Assembly (NCBI RefSeq): GCF_018350175.1
Contig: NC_058368.1
Span: forward strand, 201,936,001-202,000,000
Origin: Felis catus
Taxonomy: Eukaryota
Length of the DNA: 64,000 nt
Reading direction: 5' to 3'
The position numbers and the translations under genes are program-made. Positions 61,665-64,000 of the stretch are shown here, piece by piece. Under the pieces are notes generated by a model, which worked only from the letters and a program-made list of their open reading frames with translations, was not told where the DNA came from and did not search any database. Positions within the stretch are counted from its first letter, which is position 1. Every line of letters starts with the position of its first letter.

Positions 61665-63414
61665 AAATTGAGAGAAAAATATTTTAGGTCTTTCATTCAC
61701 AAAACCCAATGAATAAACATTTAGTTATGGTGAGTGTATTGAGGTATGAGTATATACTGTATATTATTTACATTTCTTGGAAGGTACTTGGGATTATGTG
61801 CATTAAAAAATGAAATATCACTCACTAGAAATCTTAAAATATAATCATTTCTGTCCCACTATTCTGTAAAGCTTAATATAGATTCTCATCTTGATCTCAA
61901 GTATTGCCTCTCTAGTGTCATTTTTGTACCTTGATAGTAATAAAGTTTAAAGCAAAGGTGTACTTTTTGAGGGAAACAATAGATTGCAGTATTATTATTA
62001 TTATCATTTTCCTTCATCTGTCTATGGCACTGAGGCCTTGGTTTATGTAGCTTCCCATGGCCTTTGGTCTTTCATTCTGTAGCTCCTCCTTATGGTACTG
62101 GGCTGAACACAAGCTCGATAAAGTCAGGGTCCTTTCTGGTTGTACTTGCTTTATATCTTCAGCATTTAAAATAGTGTCCAGCCCAAGGTAAAGGATAAAC
62201 AATTTATGGATGAATAAATGGCAAAATAGTGCACAAAAACAAGAATTCAGTAGGGTCTATTCACAGGCAGATTTGTATTAGATGATAAGACTTGCATGAA
62301 ATCTTAATTTGTGATGTTTTGCTACACTACCTAAACTTTACAGGTAATATTAGGAATAAGGTAAGGATAAAGCATTTCTAAATATACCCCAAACAATATA
62401 TATCTTAATTAAGAGAAACTTTCTGGGTTTGTTTTTTTGTTTTTGTTTTTGTTTTTGTTTTTTTGGTAATATAGAATCTCCTTAAGAACAGAACTGTTAA
62501 CTTTTAAATCTAGAATATGTTAAACTTAACACCAATAACTTAAGAGGATTTTCAAAAATTAGAATGCCGGTGGCTTCTTTTAGAGAACTTACGCACTTTC
62601 GTGGTAAGAACAACAAAAAAAAGTTTTTGAAATTGTGTGGTTTCAGAGCATAGAGGAAGAAAGCAACAAACTTTAGAAGTTCCTCATTGCCCATCTTTTG
62701 TATAAATTTGCAGGTTTCATAGCATGAATTTTTTACCTGGGTGGAAAAAGCAAAGATTTTTCCTACTTCGGAATTATCACCCATGTAAAATATGTTAAAG
62801 TGTAAGTGACTGAAACATTCAATTAAAGTACAGAAAAGTGCAATATTTTTAAAAGTTTAAAGTAAAACCTGCATGAGTGTGTCCGGTGGTTAGATTTTTG
62901 AGGTCTGGTATTTCCTACTGGTTATATTGCTAAATCTTTTTTTTTTTTTTTTTTTAACATAGTTCCTAAAGAATAATAAAAAGAAAAATTCTAATGTCCA
63001 CTTCTTACCTATTTTAACTTTTATTTTTTAACTTCTCAATTACCCAACTTCTGGGATATGTTTTATCTGCTTTCTTCCTTCATAGAGTGAGAGCCTCTTG
63101 TATTTGTTTCTTTGTTTTTATTCCTCTTTTCTACAGTCCCTCCCCCCTTTTTGTCACCTACCTCTTGTATAGAGGAAATGCAGTTGCAATCATTGTGTTC
63201 TGCGTTTTGATTTACACTTTACCTCCTGTCCTCTGGTAAAGTAATTGACTAAAACCTTGTGTGTAGTTAGATCTTAGTGTGGTGCTTTTTTATTCAACTA
63301 AAACAAAGATGACAGTTTCCTCACTTGCACGTTAAGGTGGAGTGTATCTTTAGTCATGGAATACAGCTGCCCCATTATTCTCACAAAACAGCTTTCCTTC
63401 CAGTATTTCTTATT

Positions 63415-63522
63415 TTATTTTATTTACTTTTCTAAGTGATCTATACGCCCAACGTGGGGCTTGAACTCAAAACTCTGAGATGAAGTGTTGCATCCTCTAC
63501 TGCCTGAGCCAGCCAGGGGCCC
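63415..63522 (-). mobile_element. Short CAN-SINE
   Basis: TSD gtatttcttatttta. Confidence 0.87.
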
Positions 63523-63559
63523 CTTTGTATTTCTTATTTTAGAAACACAACGCAGCACC

Positions 63560-64000
63560 ACTCACTGAACTGCCCAGCCCCAAGTGGGAATTTCAACTTC
63601 GGCTTCTTCCCTTCTGTCCCTTCTACCCCACGGCTAAGTACCCCTGAGTTCCTGTATATGGCCTCCTAAATAACTCATGAATAAATCCACTTCTTTCCAT
63701 CTCTTCTCTTGTTTATTCCAATCCATTTTCCACAAAAAAGCCACATTAGCCCTTATTGGAAGCTCAGACCTCTCCTCCTCCCTATGTGAGGAGTATAAAC
63801 CAACCCCAGAGGACCTTTTAGACTCTGACTCCAGCTTTCCTCCCTCACCCTGAGTTTTTCCACCATTCTCTTCCCTGGCCTGATAACTACTCTCCAGCCA
63901 TGATGTGGTTCTTTCAGCTCCTGGAACCTGCTCTTTGTCTTGTGCTTATACATTTGTTTTCTTACTTCCTGGCATTTGCGCATGCTCTCTGCTCTGTCTG
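63560..64000 (+). mobile_element. L2 fragment running to the window edge
   Basis: Pyrimidine-rich L2-type text (aaatccacttctttccatctc...ggcatttgcgcatgctct). Confidence 0.6.

Noticed and set aside
1..64000. CRISPR array, operon or prokaryotic defence system
   Set aside because: Mammalian repeat-rich DNA; no regularly spaced repeats and no gene-dense coding structure

Overview
Vertebrate, AT-rich, repeat-dense genomic DNA with no recognisable intact protein-coding gene, RNA gene or CRISPR array. About 39 tRNA-derived carnivore SINEs (CAN-SINE, several of the young felid SINEC_Fc type) and felid-type L1 sequence point to a cat-family genome, probably intronic or intergenic. Older repeats include L1M, L2, MIR, MaLR/ERVL LTRs (MLT1D, MLT1A, MLT2, LTR16/33-like) and DNA transposons (MER5A, MER44, MER63). 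Repeat family names come from my memory of the consensus sequences, not from a database search. The most unusual structure is a composite L1 at 20178-24070: a 2760-bp antisense 5'UTR-ORF1-endonuclease segment with no poly(A) sits inside a sense L1 3' fragment, flanked by an exact 18-bp duplication and joined by 3-nt microhomology. Other points of interest are a few minus-strand exon-like segments, a 77-bp dispersed duplication, two solo poly(A) insertions with TSDs, a centre-deleted inverted SINE pair and a SINE-tail-derived triplet tract. Most ORFs in the supplied track are repeat-derived or chance. I found no evidence for a novel multi-gene system.
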